Notes: generated from the letters alone by a model not told the origin. A stretch of 64,000 nt of DNA from Novosphingobium sp. (GCA_020446505.1 JAGREN010000050.1:8423-72422), one strand, 5' to 3'. Counted from the stretch's first letter, positions 49,383-58,874 are shown. Made by a program: numbers and translations.

Positions 49383-51905
49383 ATGAGCGGTATCCTTTCT
49401 GACCTGCGCGTGCTCGATCTCAGCCGCGGCATTGCCGGGCCGATGACCGGCATGATGCTCGGCGATCATGGCGCCGACGTCATCCGTATTGAGCCGCCGG
49501 GCGGCGACTGGCTGGAAGAGGTCGGCCGCTGTCGCCTCGGATACCGCACATGGCATCGCGGCAAGCGGTCCATCGCCCTTGACTTCACGGATGATGCCGA
49601 CCGCGAGGTGTTTCTCGCACTTGCCGCCCATGCCGACGTGCTGATCGAGAATTACCCGGTGGGAACGGCGCGAAAACTGGGCGTCGACTACGACAGGCTC
49701 AGCGAGATCAACCCGCGCCTGATCCACACCTCGATCGACGGCTACCGCGACACCTCAAACCGCGACCGGCCAGCTTACGACCTCCTCGTAGCAGCCCGCA
49801 TGGGTCTGCAGTGGGAACACCGGTCCTGGCCGGAGACATCGCTTTACCGCATGGCCAAGGCGCCGGACCCATTCCCCGACTTCGACGTGGACTGGGATCT
49901 GAAGCAGGGGCCGCCGCGCGAAGGTCCGTTGCTTGCAGGCGTGCCGACTGCCTCGCTTGGCACCTTCTACGGCGCGATCTCTGCCATCTGCGCCGCGCTC
50001 ATCGCGCGCGAGAACAGCGGGCGCGGACAGCACATCCAGACCAGCATGATGCAGGGCTGCGCCTATGCCGCCCAGACCGTGTGGCAGCGCGCCGAAGACT
50101 ACGAAGCGCCCGGATTCGCCACCTGGATCTACGGCAGCAAGGCGCCCAAGGGGCATTTCAGGTGCGCGGACGGTCGCTGGATTCACCAATGGGTGCCCAA
50201 CCCGCGCTTCATGCTCGGCGCGTCGGCCGGCGATACGCTCAACGCCACGCCCGATCTGTCAACGCGCGACGATCCCGACCGCCTCGGCACGGCGATCGAG
50301 GAAACCTTCGTCGTCGCCTACTACAACGAGCAGATAGCCCCGCAGGTCGCCAAGTTCGACAGCGAGGAATGGGTCAAGGCCGGAGCGATTGCCGACATCC
50401 CCCTGCAGATTGCCCGCCCTCCCGAAGAGGCGCTGACCGATCCGCTGTTCATGGACTATGGCGCGGTGCGCGAAGTCGACGATCCGGTGTTCGGACCGGT
50501 GCGGCAGGCCGGACGCTTCATTGAATACACGGTCTCGCCCAGCGAACCGTCCGGCGTCGCGCCCCTGCCAAACCAGCACGAGGAAGAAATTCGCGCCGAA
50601 GCCGCGCAGCTTGCCTCGAAGCCCCGCCCTGTTCCCGCAAGCGCCGCTCCAGCCGCAGCGAAACCTCCGCTCGACGGCGTGCGCGTGATCGATTTCGGGC
50701 TGGCGCTTGCCGGCCCCTACGGCACCCAGACGCTCGGCGATCTTGGCGCGGACGTCATCAAGGTCGGCGCGTTCCATGACGCCTACTGGCACCGCAACCA
50801 CATCGCCATGTGCTGCAACCGCTCCAAGCGCAGCCTGTGCATCGACCTCAAGCATCCCGGTTCGCGCGAGGTGCTGCACCGGCTGGTGGCAGGCGCCGAT
50901 ATTGTCCAGCACAACATGCGCTATGAAGCGGCAGAGCGGCTCGGCATCGACTACGAGAGCCTCAGGGCGGTGCGGCCGGACCTGATCTACTGCCACACGC
51001 TCGGCTTCCTGCCCGGCCCCGACGAGAAACTGCCCGGCAACGAACAGACCGGCGCCTGTCAGGCAGGCGTCGAATACGAGGACGGCGGCATGGCGCGCGG
51101 CGGCAAGCCGATCTGGACGATGACCCAGTACGGCGACACCGGCAATGGTCTGCTGTCGGCCATCGGCATGATGAACGCCCTGCGCCACCGGATGCGCACG
51201 GGCGAGGGTCAGTTCCTGCGCACCTCCATCGTCAATGCGCAGATGCTCAACATGTCGCATGTCATGGCCCGGCCCGATGGCGAGGCGATGGACCGCTGGC
51301 TGCTCGACGGCATGCAGATGTATTTCACCGCCCTCTACGGCCTCTATCCCACCGCGGACGGCTGGCTGGCGCTGGCGGTGCTGACCGAGGATCAATGGCG
51401 GCGGCTGGCTGGCGTGCTGCCCGACCTTGCCAACGAGCAATTCGCCGATGCCGACAAGCGCAAGGCCAGTGACGATGCGCTCAGAGCCGTGCTTGAAGCG
51501 ACATTCGCGACGCGCCCGGCTGCCGAATGGTTCGCCCTGCTCGATAAAGCAGGCGTGCCGTGCGAAGTCAGCGATCCGACCTACGGCCAGAATTTCCACG
51601 ACGATCCCGAGATCGAGGCGATGGGCCTGACCGCCCGGTTCCACAGTCCGATCGTTGGCAGGTTCGATCAGGTTGGCCTGTCCTACGCCCTGTCGGACAC
51701 GCCCGTCCATATCCCGCACGGCCCCATCGTGCTGGGCGAGGGAAGCGAGGCAATCCTTGGCCAACTCGACTACACCGGGGCCGAGATCGAGGCGCTGGCT
51801 GCGGACAAGGTCGTGGGCCTGTGGTCACCGGGCATGCCGATGCTCGAGGGTCGGCGCTTGCTTGGCGCGGGCAAGGCAGCCAAGGAAAACGAGGGCGCGG
51901 GCTAG
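49383..51905 (+). CDS. Tandem double-domain family III (CaiB/BaiF) CoA-transferase
   Basis: Two RVLD/RVID...AGP...LGD.GADVI repeats in an 840-aa ORF. Confidence 0.92.
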   Translation: MSGILSDLRVLDLSRGIAGPMTGMMLGDHGADVIRIEPPGGDWLEEVGRCRLGYRTWHRGKRSIALDFTDDADREVFLALAAHADVLIENYPVGTARKLGVDYDRLSEINPRLIHTSIDGYRDTSNRDRPAYDLLVAARMGLQWEHRSWPETSLYRMAKAPDPFPDFDVDWDLKQGPPREGPLLAGVPTASLGTFYGAISAICAALIARENSGRGQHIQTSMMQGCAYAAQTVWQRAEDYEAPGFATWIYGSKAPKGHFRCADGRWIHQWVPNPRFMLGASAGDTLNATPDLSTRDDPDRLGTAIEETFVVAYYNEQIAPQVAKFDSEEWVKAGAIADIPLQIARPPEEALTDPLFMDYGAVREVDDPVFGPVRQAGRFIEYTVSPSEPSGVAPLPNQHEEEIRAEAAQLASKPRPVPASAAPAAAKPPLDGVRVIDFGLALAGPYGTQTLGDLGADVIKVGAFHDAYWHRNHIAMCCNRSKRSLCIDLKHPGSREVLHRLVAGADIVQHNMRYEAAERLGIDYESLRAVRPDLIYCHTLGFLPGPDEKLPGNEQTGACQAGVEYEDGGMARGGKPIWTMTQYGDTGNGLLSAIGMMNALRHRMRTGEGQFLRTSIVNAQMLNMSHVMARPDGEAMDRWLLDGMQMYFTALYGLYPTADGWLALAVLTEDQWRRLAGVLPDLANEQFADADKRKASDDALRAVLEATFATRPAAEWFALLDKAGVPCEVSDPTYGQNFHDDPEIEAMGLTARFHSPIVGRFDQVGLSYALSDTPVHIPHGPIVLGEGSEAILGQLDYTGAEIEALAADKVVGLWSPGMPMLEGRRLLGAGKAAKENEGAG

Positions 51906-51906
51906 A

Positions 51907-53046
51907 TCACTCCCGCGCCAGCACCATGCCGCATTGCCGCCCCGCGCACAGCGCGATCTTCGCCTCCGCTATCTGGTTCGGCGAGGTACCGCGCATCTGC
52001 CGCACGCATTCCGCCGCGTTGTTGAGGCCGTGGAGATAGGCTTCGCCGATCAGGCCGCCATTGGTGTTGACCGGAGTCGAACCGCCCGGCCCCAGTTCGC
52101 CTGCGCGGATCGCATCGCCCACCTCGCCCCGCCCGCACAGGCCATAGCCTTCGTAGGAGATCGGGATCGAGGACGAGAAATTGTCGTAGATCGTCGAGAC
52201 GTCGATCTCGGCAGGTGACAGGCCTGTCTGTTCCCACAACGCCTCTGCCACGCGCACGGTATCCTCCGGGAATACGAGGTCCTGCTTGTAGTAATTGTAC
52301 ATCATCGTCTCGCCGAGCGGCCAGCACTGCTGCACGCCGAGCACCCGCACCACCGGCCTGCCAGAAGCGCGCGCCTTGTCCAGCCGCGAGACGACGAAGG
52401 CTACGCCGCCATCCGTCTCCTGGCAGAAATCGTAGAGCCGCAGCACCGGCTCGACGATCCAGCGCGACCGCTGGTGGTCCTCCAGCGTGATCGGCCGCCC
52501 GTAGAACCATGCAGCGGGATTGTTCGCCGCCCACGCGCGCATCTGCACGACGAGCAGGCCAAGATCCTCGTTGGTCATGCCGCGAGCATCGAGAAACGGC
52601 TTGTGCCAAAGGGCATAGACCTGACCCGGCGTGACAAGGCCAAGGCTCTTGTGGAAGCCGCGCATCGATCCGGCGTTGTAACTGGGCTGACCGAAACGGG
52701 ATTCCGACCTCTCGTTGAACGCGCGGAAGATCAGCACGTTGTTCGCCTGTCCGCTCTCGATCGCGGCGGCGGCAAGCTGGAAGGTGGCATAGGCGCCCTC
52801 GCCGCCGAACGGCGCCTTGGCGGTGTAGCGCACCATCGGCAGGCCGAGCGCGGTCTGCAGATCGTGGTCCGAATTGGTGTCCATTGTGAAGCTGACCAGG
52901 CCGTCGATGTCGCCCGGTTCGAGCCCGGCATCGGCAATCGCCTGGGCGCTGGCTTCGGCGCACAGCGACATGACGGTGCGGCCCGATTCCTTGGTGTAGG
53001 CGGTCTGCCCGATTCCGGTGATCGCGGTCTGTCCGGCGGCGCTCAT
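51907..53046 (-). CDS. Thiolase-fold Ltp2-like (retro-)aldolase
   Basis: AITGIGQT, FRAFNERS, LYDFCQETDGG, IYDNF and GEAYLHG tyrosines; no N-terminal nucleophile Cys. Confidence 0.87.
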   Translation of the reverse strand: MSAAGQTAITGIGQTAYTKESGRTVMSLCAEASAQAIADAGLEPGDIDGLVSFTMDTNSDHDLQTALGLPMVRYTAKAPFGGEGAYATFQLAAAAIESGQANNVLIFRAFNERSESRFGQPSYNAGSMRGFHKSLGLVTPGQVYALWHKPFLDARGMTNEDLGLLVVQMRAWAANNPAAWFYGRPITLEDHQRSRWIVEPVLRLYDFCQETDGGVAFVVSRLDKARASGRPVVRVLGVQQCWPLGETMMYNYYKQDLVFPEDTVRVAEALWEQTGLSPAEIDVSTIYDNFSSSIPISYEGYGLCGRGEVGDAIRAGELGPGGSTPVNTNGGLIGEAYLHGLNNAAECVRQMRGTSPNQIAEAKIALCAGRQCGMVLARE

Positions 53047-53420
53047 TGCCCGGCCTCCACGGTGCGGATCAGCGGCAGCATCTGTCCGTCATAGTCAGCG
53101 ATCTCGAAGCGGACCGCCGCGCCGTTGACCGCGTTTTCCGGGTCGATGAGGCTGGAGACCATCCGCAGCCCCTCGGGCAGATCGACAAGACACACACAGC
53201 GCGAATTCTCGTCGCGGCGCGAGGGGTGGACCGAATCGATGAAGGCGAGGATCCGGCCTTCTCCAGAGAGCGGCACCGCGCTCCATTCGTCCGAACCACA
53301 GGCAGCGCACCGCGCCGCAGGCGGATGGCGCAAGGTCGCGCACGCGTCGCATTTCTGGGCAAGCAGCTCGCCCCGGTCGATCCCTTCCCAGAAGAAATCC
53401 TGATCGCGTTTGGCCTGCAT
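53043..53420 (-). CDS. DUF35 Zn-ribbon/OB-fold protein
   Basis: FFWEG...ELLAQKCDAC...HPP..RCAAC; stop overlaps the Ltp2-like start (ATGA). Confidence 0.9.
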   Translation of the reverse strand: MQAKRDQDFFWEGIDRGELLAQKCDACATLRHPPAARCAACGSDEWSAVPLSGEGRILAFIDSVHPSRRDENSRCVCLVDLPEGLRMVSSLIDPENAVNGAAVRFEIADYDGQMLPLIRTVEAGQ

Positions 53421-53473
53421 CGCTCTCCCCTTTGATTTCCTTGCGAAATTCGCGCCATTGCGAATTTCGATAG

Positions 53474-53555
53474 CGGCACCGGCCCACTCCCCCGCCCGGC
53501 CACCCAACGAGACGATATGCCTTGGGTGGCCGGGCGGGGGAGTGGGCCGGTGCCG
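53474..53555. repeat. Perfect 34-bp inverted repeat with a 14-nt loop (REP-like palindrome)
   Basis: CGGCACCGGCCCACTCCCCCGCCCGGCCACCCAA (53474-53507) and its exact reverse complement (53522-53555). Confidence 0.9.
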
Positions 53556-53696
53556 AACGATCCGAACCGCCAGAGGCGGAGTCGGATCAGACATTTCACG
53601 TTTCCGATGTAGCCGTTGACAGTCAAGCCCGGCGATGAAATTGAGGCCCGGCGGGCCGATTTCCGGGATGGAACATGGCCGGACGGGAGAGCCAGA

Positions 53697-54518
53697 TTGA
53701 CCAAAGTTACGCCAGGGCGCCTCAGCCACATGAACGCCGTCATCGACAACTATCAGGATGCGGTGAAGCACTTCGTCGACGTTTACGACGGCAACTTCAT
53801 GCTCGACCTTCCGGGGCCGAACTGGAACGCCTGCCTGATCGAGATCGGCGGCGTCATTACCGAGTTCTTCGGACCCTTCAATTTCATGCTCAACACGCGC
53901 AACGGCGCGCACTGGCTCGGCGTCGAATACGAAGCGCCGATGAAGGAAAGCCGCGCTGCCGTCGCGGCCAACAACATTCGCATCTATCGCGATCTGGAAG
54001 TCGCCTTCCACACCAATCCGGCTGACGGTTTCGGCGTCGATTACGAGCTTTACGAAGGCACCTTCTTCGGCCCTGACGCGCCGAACGTCCAGACGCATTC
54101 CCGTGACCCCGGCTACTGGCGCAACGAACACCCGGCAGGCATGACCGGCATCGTCGGCTACACCCATGTCGTCGCCGACCTCGACGCCACCGGCACTTTC
54201 CTCGAAAACCTGTTCGGTTCGAAGAAGGTCTATGACGCGGAGCGTCCGGCGCTCGGCGCAATCGCACGCGGCTACGAAGTTTCCGACCACGTCGTCGAAC
54301 TGCTTCAGCCCAGCGGCCCCGGCCCGCTGCTGAGCGAGATGATGCGCACTGGCGAAGGTATCCGCTCAAGTATCATCGGCGTTGCGGACCTCGCCAAGGC
54401 GCAGGCTCATTTCGAAAGCAAAGGCCTGCCGATCATCGCCGGAACCCAACCCGACAGCTTTGCCATCGATCCAGAGGCCAATTTCGGACTGCTGTTCGAA
54501 TTCGCGCTCAAGCCATGA
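53697..54518 (+). CDS. Two-domain VOC/glyoxalase-like protein
   Basis: TTG after GGGAGAG. SHMNAVIDNY, HWLGVEY, YTHVVADLD, VVELLQP, LLFEF. Confidence 0.72.
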   Translation: MTKVTPGRLSHMNAVIDNYQDAVKHFVDVYDGNFMLDLPGPNWNACLIEIGGVITEFFGPFNFMLNTRNGAHWLGVEYEAPMKESRAAVAANNIRIYRDLEVAFHTNPADGFGVDYELYEGTFFGPDAPNVQTHSRDPGYWRNEHPAGMTGIVGYTHVVADLDATGTFLENLFGSKKVYDAERPALGAIARGYEVSDHVVELLQPSGPGPLLSEMMRTGEGIRSSIIGVADLAKAQAHFESKGLPIIAGTQPDSFAIDPEANFGLLFEFALKP

Positions 54519-54525
54519 GCCGTCG

Positions 54526-55302
54526 ATGACAGGCGACATCCTGCGCGAAGATCGCGACGGCGTGATCGTCGTCACGCTCGCGCGCCCGGAAAAGCGCAAC
54601 GCCATGACCATCGCCATGCGCGAGGTGCTGTTCGGCGCGGTGGATGACCTGCGTGACCGGGACGACCTGCGTGTCCTGCTGATCCGTGCCGAAGGGCCGG
54701 TGTTCACCGCAGGCCTCGACATCAAGGAACACCACGAACGCTTTCCCGCCACGCGCGGCATGCAGGAATTCCGCCGCGACTATCGCCGCAACATCCACCG
54801 CTATCTCGACGAGATGGAGGCGGTCGAAAAGCCGGTCGTCATGGCCATCGACGGCATGTGCCTTGGCCTCGGCCTCGAAATGGCAGGCGCGGTCGATTTC
54901 CGGCTGGCTTCGAGCCGTGCCTCTTTCGGCCTGCCCGAGGTCGACATGGGCATCATCGCGGGCAGCGGAGGCACCAGCCGGATCGTGCGGCTGTGCGGTG
55001 TAGGCTGGGCCAAGTGGCTGGGCATGGCAGGCGAGCGCATTGATGCGGAAACCGCGCTCAAGGCGGGCCTCGTTCAGGCCGTCTGGGAACCGGAAGGCTT
55101 TGACAAGCAGGCGCTCGATTTCTGCCGCCGCCTTGCCGCAAAGCCCGCCGATGCGGTCGGCGTGGCGAAGCTCGCCATCGACCTGTGCGTCGATCTCGAC
55201 CGCGCGGGCGGGCGCACCGTGGAGCGCCTGGCCAATACGCCACTGATTCTCGATTCGAACAGGCGCCTGCCCGGTCTTGGCGGCGAGGGAGACGACACAT
55301 GA
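54526..55302 (+). CDS. Enoyl-CoA hydratase (both catalytic Glu present)
   Basis: FTAGLD, GLGLEMA, GLPEVDMG. Confidence 0.9.
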   Translation: MTGDILREDRDGVIVVTLARPEKRNAMTIAMREVLFGAVDDLRDRDDLRVLLIRAEGPVFTAGLDIKEHHERFPATRGMQEFRRDYRRNIHRYLDEMEAVEKPVVMAIDGMCLGLGLEMAGAVDFRLASSRASFGLPEVDMGIIAGSGGTSRIVRLCGVGWAKWLGMAGERIDAETALKAGLVQAVWEPEGFDKQALDFCRRLAAKPADAVGVAKLAIDLCVDLDRAGGRTVERLANTPLILDSNRRLPGLGGEGDDT

Positions 55303-56126
55303 GCTGGAATACCCTGCTTTACGAGAAGCGCGGGCATGCCGCCTGCATCACGCTCAACCGCCCGGACAAGATGAATGCCGTCTCGATCGAGATGATGAAG
55401 GAGCTCGCCCGGCTCTATCGCGAGGTCGAGGAAGACGACGAGGTCTGGACGCTGATCGTGACCGGCGCGGGGCAAAAGGCGCTGTGCACCGGCGCGGACA
55501 TGAACGTGTTCGAACTGACCAAGAAGGGTGAACACATCACCGGCATCGACATGTGGGGCGAGCCGATGCTGGCCAACCGCCGCCAGTGGGAAGTGCCGCA
55601 GGAAGCCACGCCTCCCTACATGGAAATGACCAAGCCCATCATCTGCGCGGTGAACGGCGTTGCTTGCGGCGCGGGCCTCGATCTCGTGTCGACAGCCGAC
55701 GTAGCCATTGCCGCAGACCATGCGACCTTCTTCGATCCGCACGTCTCGATCGGCGTCGTCTCGGGGCGCGAAATGGTGCGCATGGCGCGTGTCCTGCCGC
55801 TGCCGATCGCGATGCGCATGGCACTGATGGGCAAGCACGAACAGCTTAGCGCCCAGCGCGCCTACGAGATCGGCCTGATTACCGAGGTCGTGCCGAAAGA
55901 CGCCCTGATGGACCGTGCCTGGGAACTGGCGGAGATCATCAACCGCAACGCGCCGCTGGCCGTGCGCGGCACCCGCATGGCGATCCGCAAGGGTCTGTCG
56001 CTGCCGATCTACGAGGCCGAATTGCTGGCCGAAAGCTACCGCGTGCGCTGCGCGCAGACCGACGATGCGGAGGAAGGCCCGACAGCCTTCATCGAAAAAC
56101 GCGATCCCGTCTGGAAGGGTCGATAG
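55299..56126 (+). CDS. Crotonase-fold protein, non-canonical (Asp/His)
   Basis: LCTGAD, GAGLDLV, FFDPHVSIG. Confidence 0.88.
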   Translation: MSWNTLLYEKRGHAACITLNRPDKMNAVSIEMMKELARLYREVEEDDEVWTLIVTGAGQKALCTGADMNVFELTKKGEHITGIDMWGEPMLANRRQWEVPQEATPPYMEMTKPIICAVNGVACGAGLDLVSTADVAIAADHATFFDPHVSIGVVSGREMVRMARVLPLPIAMRMALMGKHEQLSAQRAYEIGLITEVVPKDALMDRAWELAEIINRNAPLAVRGTRMAIRKGLSLPIYEAELLAESYRVRCAQTDDAEEGPTAFIEKRDPVWKGR

Positions 56127-56135
56127 GAGCAGAAT

Positions 56136-57323
56136 GTGAAACAGGTATTCGAAGGGCTGCGCGTCCTGGATTTCGGACGATTCATCGCCGCACCGTGGTG
56201 CGCCGCGATCTTTGCCGACCTCGGCGCGGACGTCATCAGGGTGGAGCGGCGCGAGGGCGGCGAGGACCGCTATGTCCAGCCGCTCGAACTACCCGATGGC
56301 AGCGGCGCAGGCTACCTGCCCAATAACCGCGGCAAGCGCGGCATCACGCTCGACACCAGCACCGAGGAAGGGCGCAAGATCGCGCACGAGCTGGTGAAAA
56401 CCGCCGATGTCGTCATCATCAACATGCCCGACCGGGTGATGGAAGCGCACGGGCTCGACTACGAGACGCTCAAGAGCGTCAAGCCAGACATCATCCTTGC
56501 CAGTGCCACGGCCTACGGGCGTGGCGGTCCCTATTCCAACCGCATCGGTTTCGACGGCATCGGGCAGGTCATGTCGGGCGCGGTCTATCGCACCGGGCCG
56601 GAGGAACAGCCCTACCGCTTCATGGTCCCCTACGTCGACTATGCCACGGCCCAGAACCTCGCCATCGCGACCATGGCGGCGATCATCCACCGCGACAGGA
56701 CGGGCGAGGGCCAGCATGTCGAAGCCTCGCTGCTGCTCTCCGCGCTTGCCGTATCCGACGCCCTGCTGATCGATCAGGCGATCCTCGAGCCAGACCACGG
56801 CCGCATCGGAAATCGCGGACTTGCGGTGGGCCCGTGCGACTTGTTCGAGATCGAGGGCCGGTGGATCCTCGTGCAGGTCACTGGCACACCGCTGTTCCAC
56901 CGCTGGTGCAAGATGGTGGGCGAGGAAGGCTGGATCACCGACCCGCGCTATGCCCGCGACGAACAGCGTGCCGCCGCTGGCAAGGTGCTCAACGCCCGCA
57001 TGCAGCAATGGTGCGACACCCAGAAATTCGACGAAGCAATGGAAGTGCTGGAAGCGAACCGCATTCCCGCCGCCGAGGTTCTCTCGCCGCGTCAGGTGCT
57101 GGAACAGGAGCACATCAAGGCGATGGAATACCTCAAGCCGGTCGACTATCCCGGCCTGCCAAAGCCTGCTCCGGTGATCCAGACTCCGTTCGAGATGTCG
57201 GAAACGCCCGGCCAGATCGCGCACCGCGCGCCGCTGCTGGGCGAGCATAACGACGAGATCTACGGCGAACTTGGCTATGATGCAGCGACGATTGAAAGCC
57301 TGCGCGAAAAGGGCGTGATCTAG
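56136..57323 (+). CDS. Family III (CaiB/BaiF) CoA-transferase
   Basis: GTG start after GGAG. RVLDFGRFIAAP, NRGKR, catalytic Asp in YVDYATA. Confidence 0.93.
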   Translation: MKQVFEGLRVLDFGRFIAAPWCAAIFADLGADVIRVERREGGEDRYVQPLELPDGSGAGYLPNNRGKRGITLDTSTEEGRKIAHELVKTADVVIINMPDRVMEAHGLDYETLKSVKPDIILASATAYGRGGPYSNRIGFDGIGQVMSGAVYRTGPEEQPYRFMVPYVDYATAQNLAIATMAAIIHRDRTGEGQHVEASLLLSALAVSDALLIDQAILEPDHGRIGNRGLAVGPCDLFEIEGRWILVQVTGTPLFHRWCKMVGEEGWITDPRYARDEQRAAAGKVLNARMQQWCDTQKFDEAMEVLEANRIPAAEVLSPRQVLEQEHIKAMEYLKPVDYPGLPKPAPVIQTPFEMSETPGQIAHRAPLLGEHNDEIYGELGYDAATIESLREKGVI

Positions 57324-57338
57324 GAGGGAGACTCAGGG

Positions 57339-57836
57339 ATGTTCGGTGGACCACGCATCGTCGATACCGAGGAGGTGAAGGAACGCGAAGTCGTGCGCAT
57401 CGAATTCGATGACGGACGCAGCGCCTCGATCTGGGAACGGTTCCTGCTGCCCTCGCCCAGCATGTTCACCTTCTACAACAGGTGGGATCCCGGCATGATC
57501 TCGCTGCGCCACGGGCATCAGTCGGACCACGTCGTCTACGTTCTCTCTGGTGAGGTCATGGTCGGCGACCGGCTGTGCAAGAAGGGCGCGCATATCTACC
57601 TGATCCACGGCGACCGCTTCGGCCCGTGGATCGCGGGGCCCAAAGGCTGCGAACTGCTCGGCGTGCTGAAAGGACCGGGCGTGGCAGCCTTCTGGAGCCC
57701 CGAGGACATGCAGGAATATATCGACCTGCTCGCCAGACACGGCGCCAGGCAGGGCGAAGTGCCGCCTCTCACCGTGGACGAACCGTGGATGGCGCCCCCC
57801 GCAGCGGCGCTGCCGAGCCCGATCAAGGAGGATTGA
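57339..57836 (+). CDS. Cupin-fold protein of unknown function
   Basis: PGMISLRHGHQSDHVVYVLSGE motif 1; GPWIAGPKGCELL. Confidence 0.7.
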   Translation: MFGGPRIVDTEEVKEREVVRIEFDDGRSASIWERFLLPSPSMFTFYNRWDPGMISLRHGHQSDHVVYVLSGEVMVGDRLCKKGAHIYLIHGDRFGPWIAGPKGCELLGVLKGPGVAAFWSPEDMQEYIDLLARHGARQGEVPPLTVDEPWMAPPAAALPSPIKED

Positions 57837-57982
57837 GTAGCCCGCTGGCGGGGCTCACTCCCGGAGCCTTGTTCATGCGTAGGCTGGCCGCGTTACCTCG
57901 CCACAGCTGCCCATCCGGCTTCGCAGCTGGCTCACGGGTTTTCGCTTGCGGCACCGTTTGATTGTAGACTACCCGAAGGGGC

Positions 57983-58867
57983 ATGACGCCACCCCCTCCG
58001 CGCTTCCTTCTCGGCATCGGTTGTCAGAAGGCCGGCACGTCCTGGCTCTACGATCACCTTCGGACCCATCCGGAAGTTTTCCTGCCCTCACCCAAGGAAC
58101 TGCATGTCTTCGACGCCGCGCTCAGGCCCGACATGTTCAGCGAGTTCTACGAGCGGGCCAGATACGAGCACGCCGCAAGGAGCTGGCACCGCAAGCTCAG
58201 GGACCGGCTGGGACTAACGAAGGCCGGTGGCCGCGTTCTCGGCCCGGGAGAGCGGGTCGCGATGATTTCCGATCCCGAGGTCTATGCGAGGTATTTTGCG
58301 GAATGGTCGCGCCAGTACCCGGTGGTCGGAGAAATCACGCCGTCCTACGCCGCGCTGTCGGCCGACGACTTCGGGTATATCCGCGAGCTGCTCGAACCCC
58401 GCTTCGATCTGCGTGTCGTGCTCCTGCTTCGCGACCCCGTCCAGCGCGCCTGGTCCGCGGCCCGCCATTTCCGGAAGATAAATCGGGGCCATCTCAACGT
58501 TGCCGTGAGAGGCAACGACAACGACCTGTTCGCGCGGCTCTATGATACGCCCTACATCCGGGAGCGGGCCGACTACCGGCGCATCCTGTCTGATCTGAAA
58601 ACCGCACTGCCCAGCACGCAGGTTCATGTCGAATTCTATGAGCGCCTGTTCACCCAGGACGCGATCTCGAAACTGTGCGATTTCCTCGGGATCGAGACAC
58701 GGCAGGCCGAGTTCGGAAAAATGGTCAATGTCTCACCCAGGCCGATCGATCTCGATCCCGATCTGGCAGCAGCCGCGCGCAAGGCCTATGCGCCCATCTA
58801 CGAATTCTGCGCAGACTGGTTCGGCCAGGCCGAAATAGACCGCTTGTGGCCTGCTGGCGCCGTTTAG
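57983..58867 (+). CDS. PAPS-dependent sulfotransferase
   Basis: GIGCQKAGTSWL 5'-PSB loop, KELHVFD, GEITPSY, LRDPVQRAWS 3'-PB motif. Confidence 0.9.
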   Translation: MTPPPPRFLLGIGCQKAGTSWLYDHLRTHPEVFLPSPKELHVFDAALRPDMFSEFYERARYEHAARSWHRKLRDRLGLTKAGGRVLGPGERVAMISDPEVYARYFAEWSRQYPVVGEITPSYAALSADDFGYIRELLEPRFDLRVVLLLRDPVQRAWSAARHFRKINRGHLNVAVRGNDNDLFARLYDTPYIRERADYRRILSDLKTALPSTQVHVEFYERLFTQDAISKLCDFLGIETRQAEFGKMVNVSPRPIDLDPDLAAAARKAYAPIYEFCADWFGQAEIDRLWPAGAV

Positions 58868-58874
58868 GTGAGGC

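Noticed and set aside
32039-53420. Calling the region a canonical steroid degradation cluster
   Set aside because: Side-chain-type families are present, but no KstD, KshAB, HsaABCD or IpdAB was seen.
53474-53555. The inverted repeat as an IS or MITE terminus
   Set aside because: The arms are only 14 nt apart, and there is no target-site duplication or transposase in the window.
57837-57982. Hairpins (GAGTAGCCCGC...GCGGGGCTCACTC; CAGCTGC...GCAGCTG) as an ncRNA or riboswitch
   Set aside because: Short imperfect stems consistent with a terminator or chance pairing; no known RNA signature recognised.
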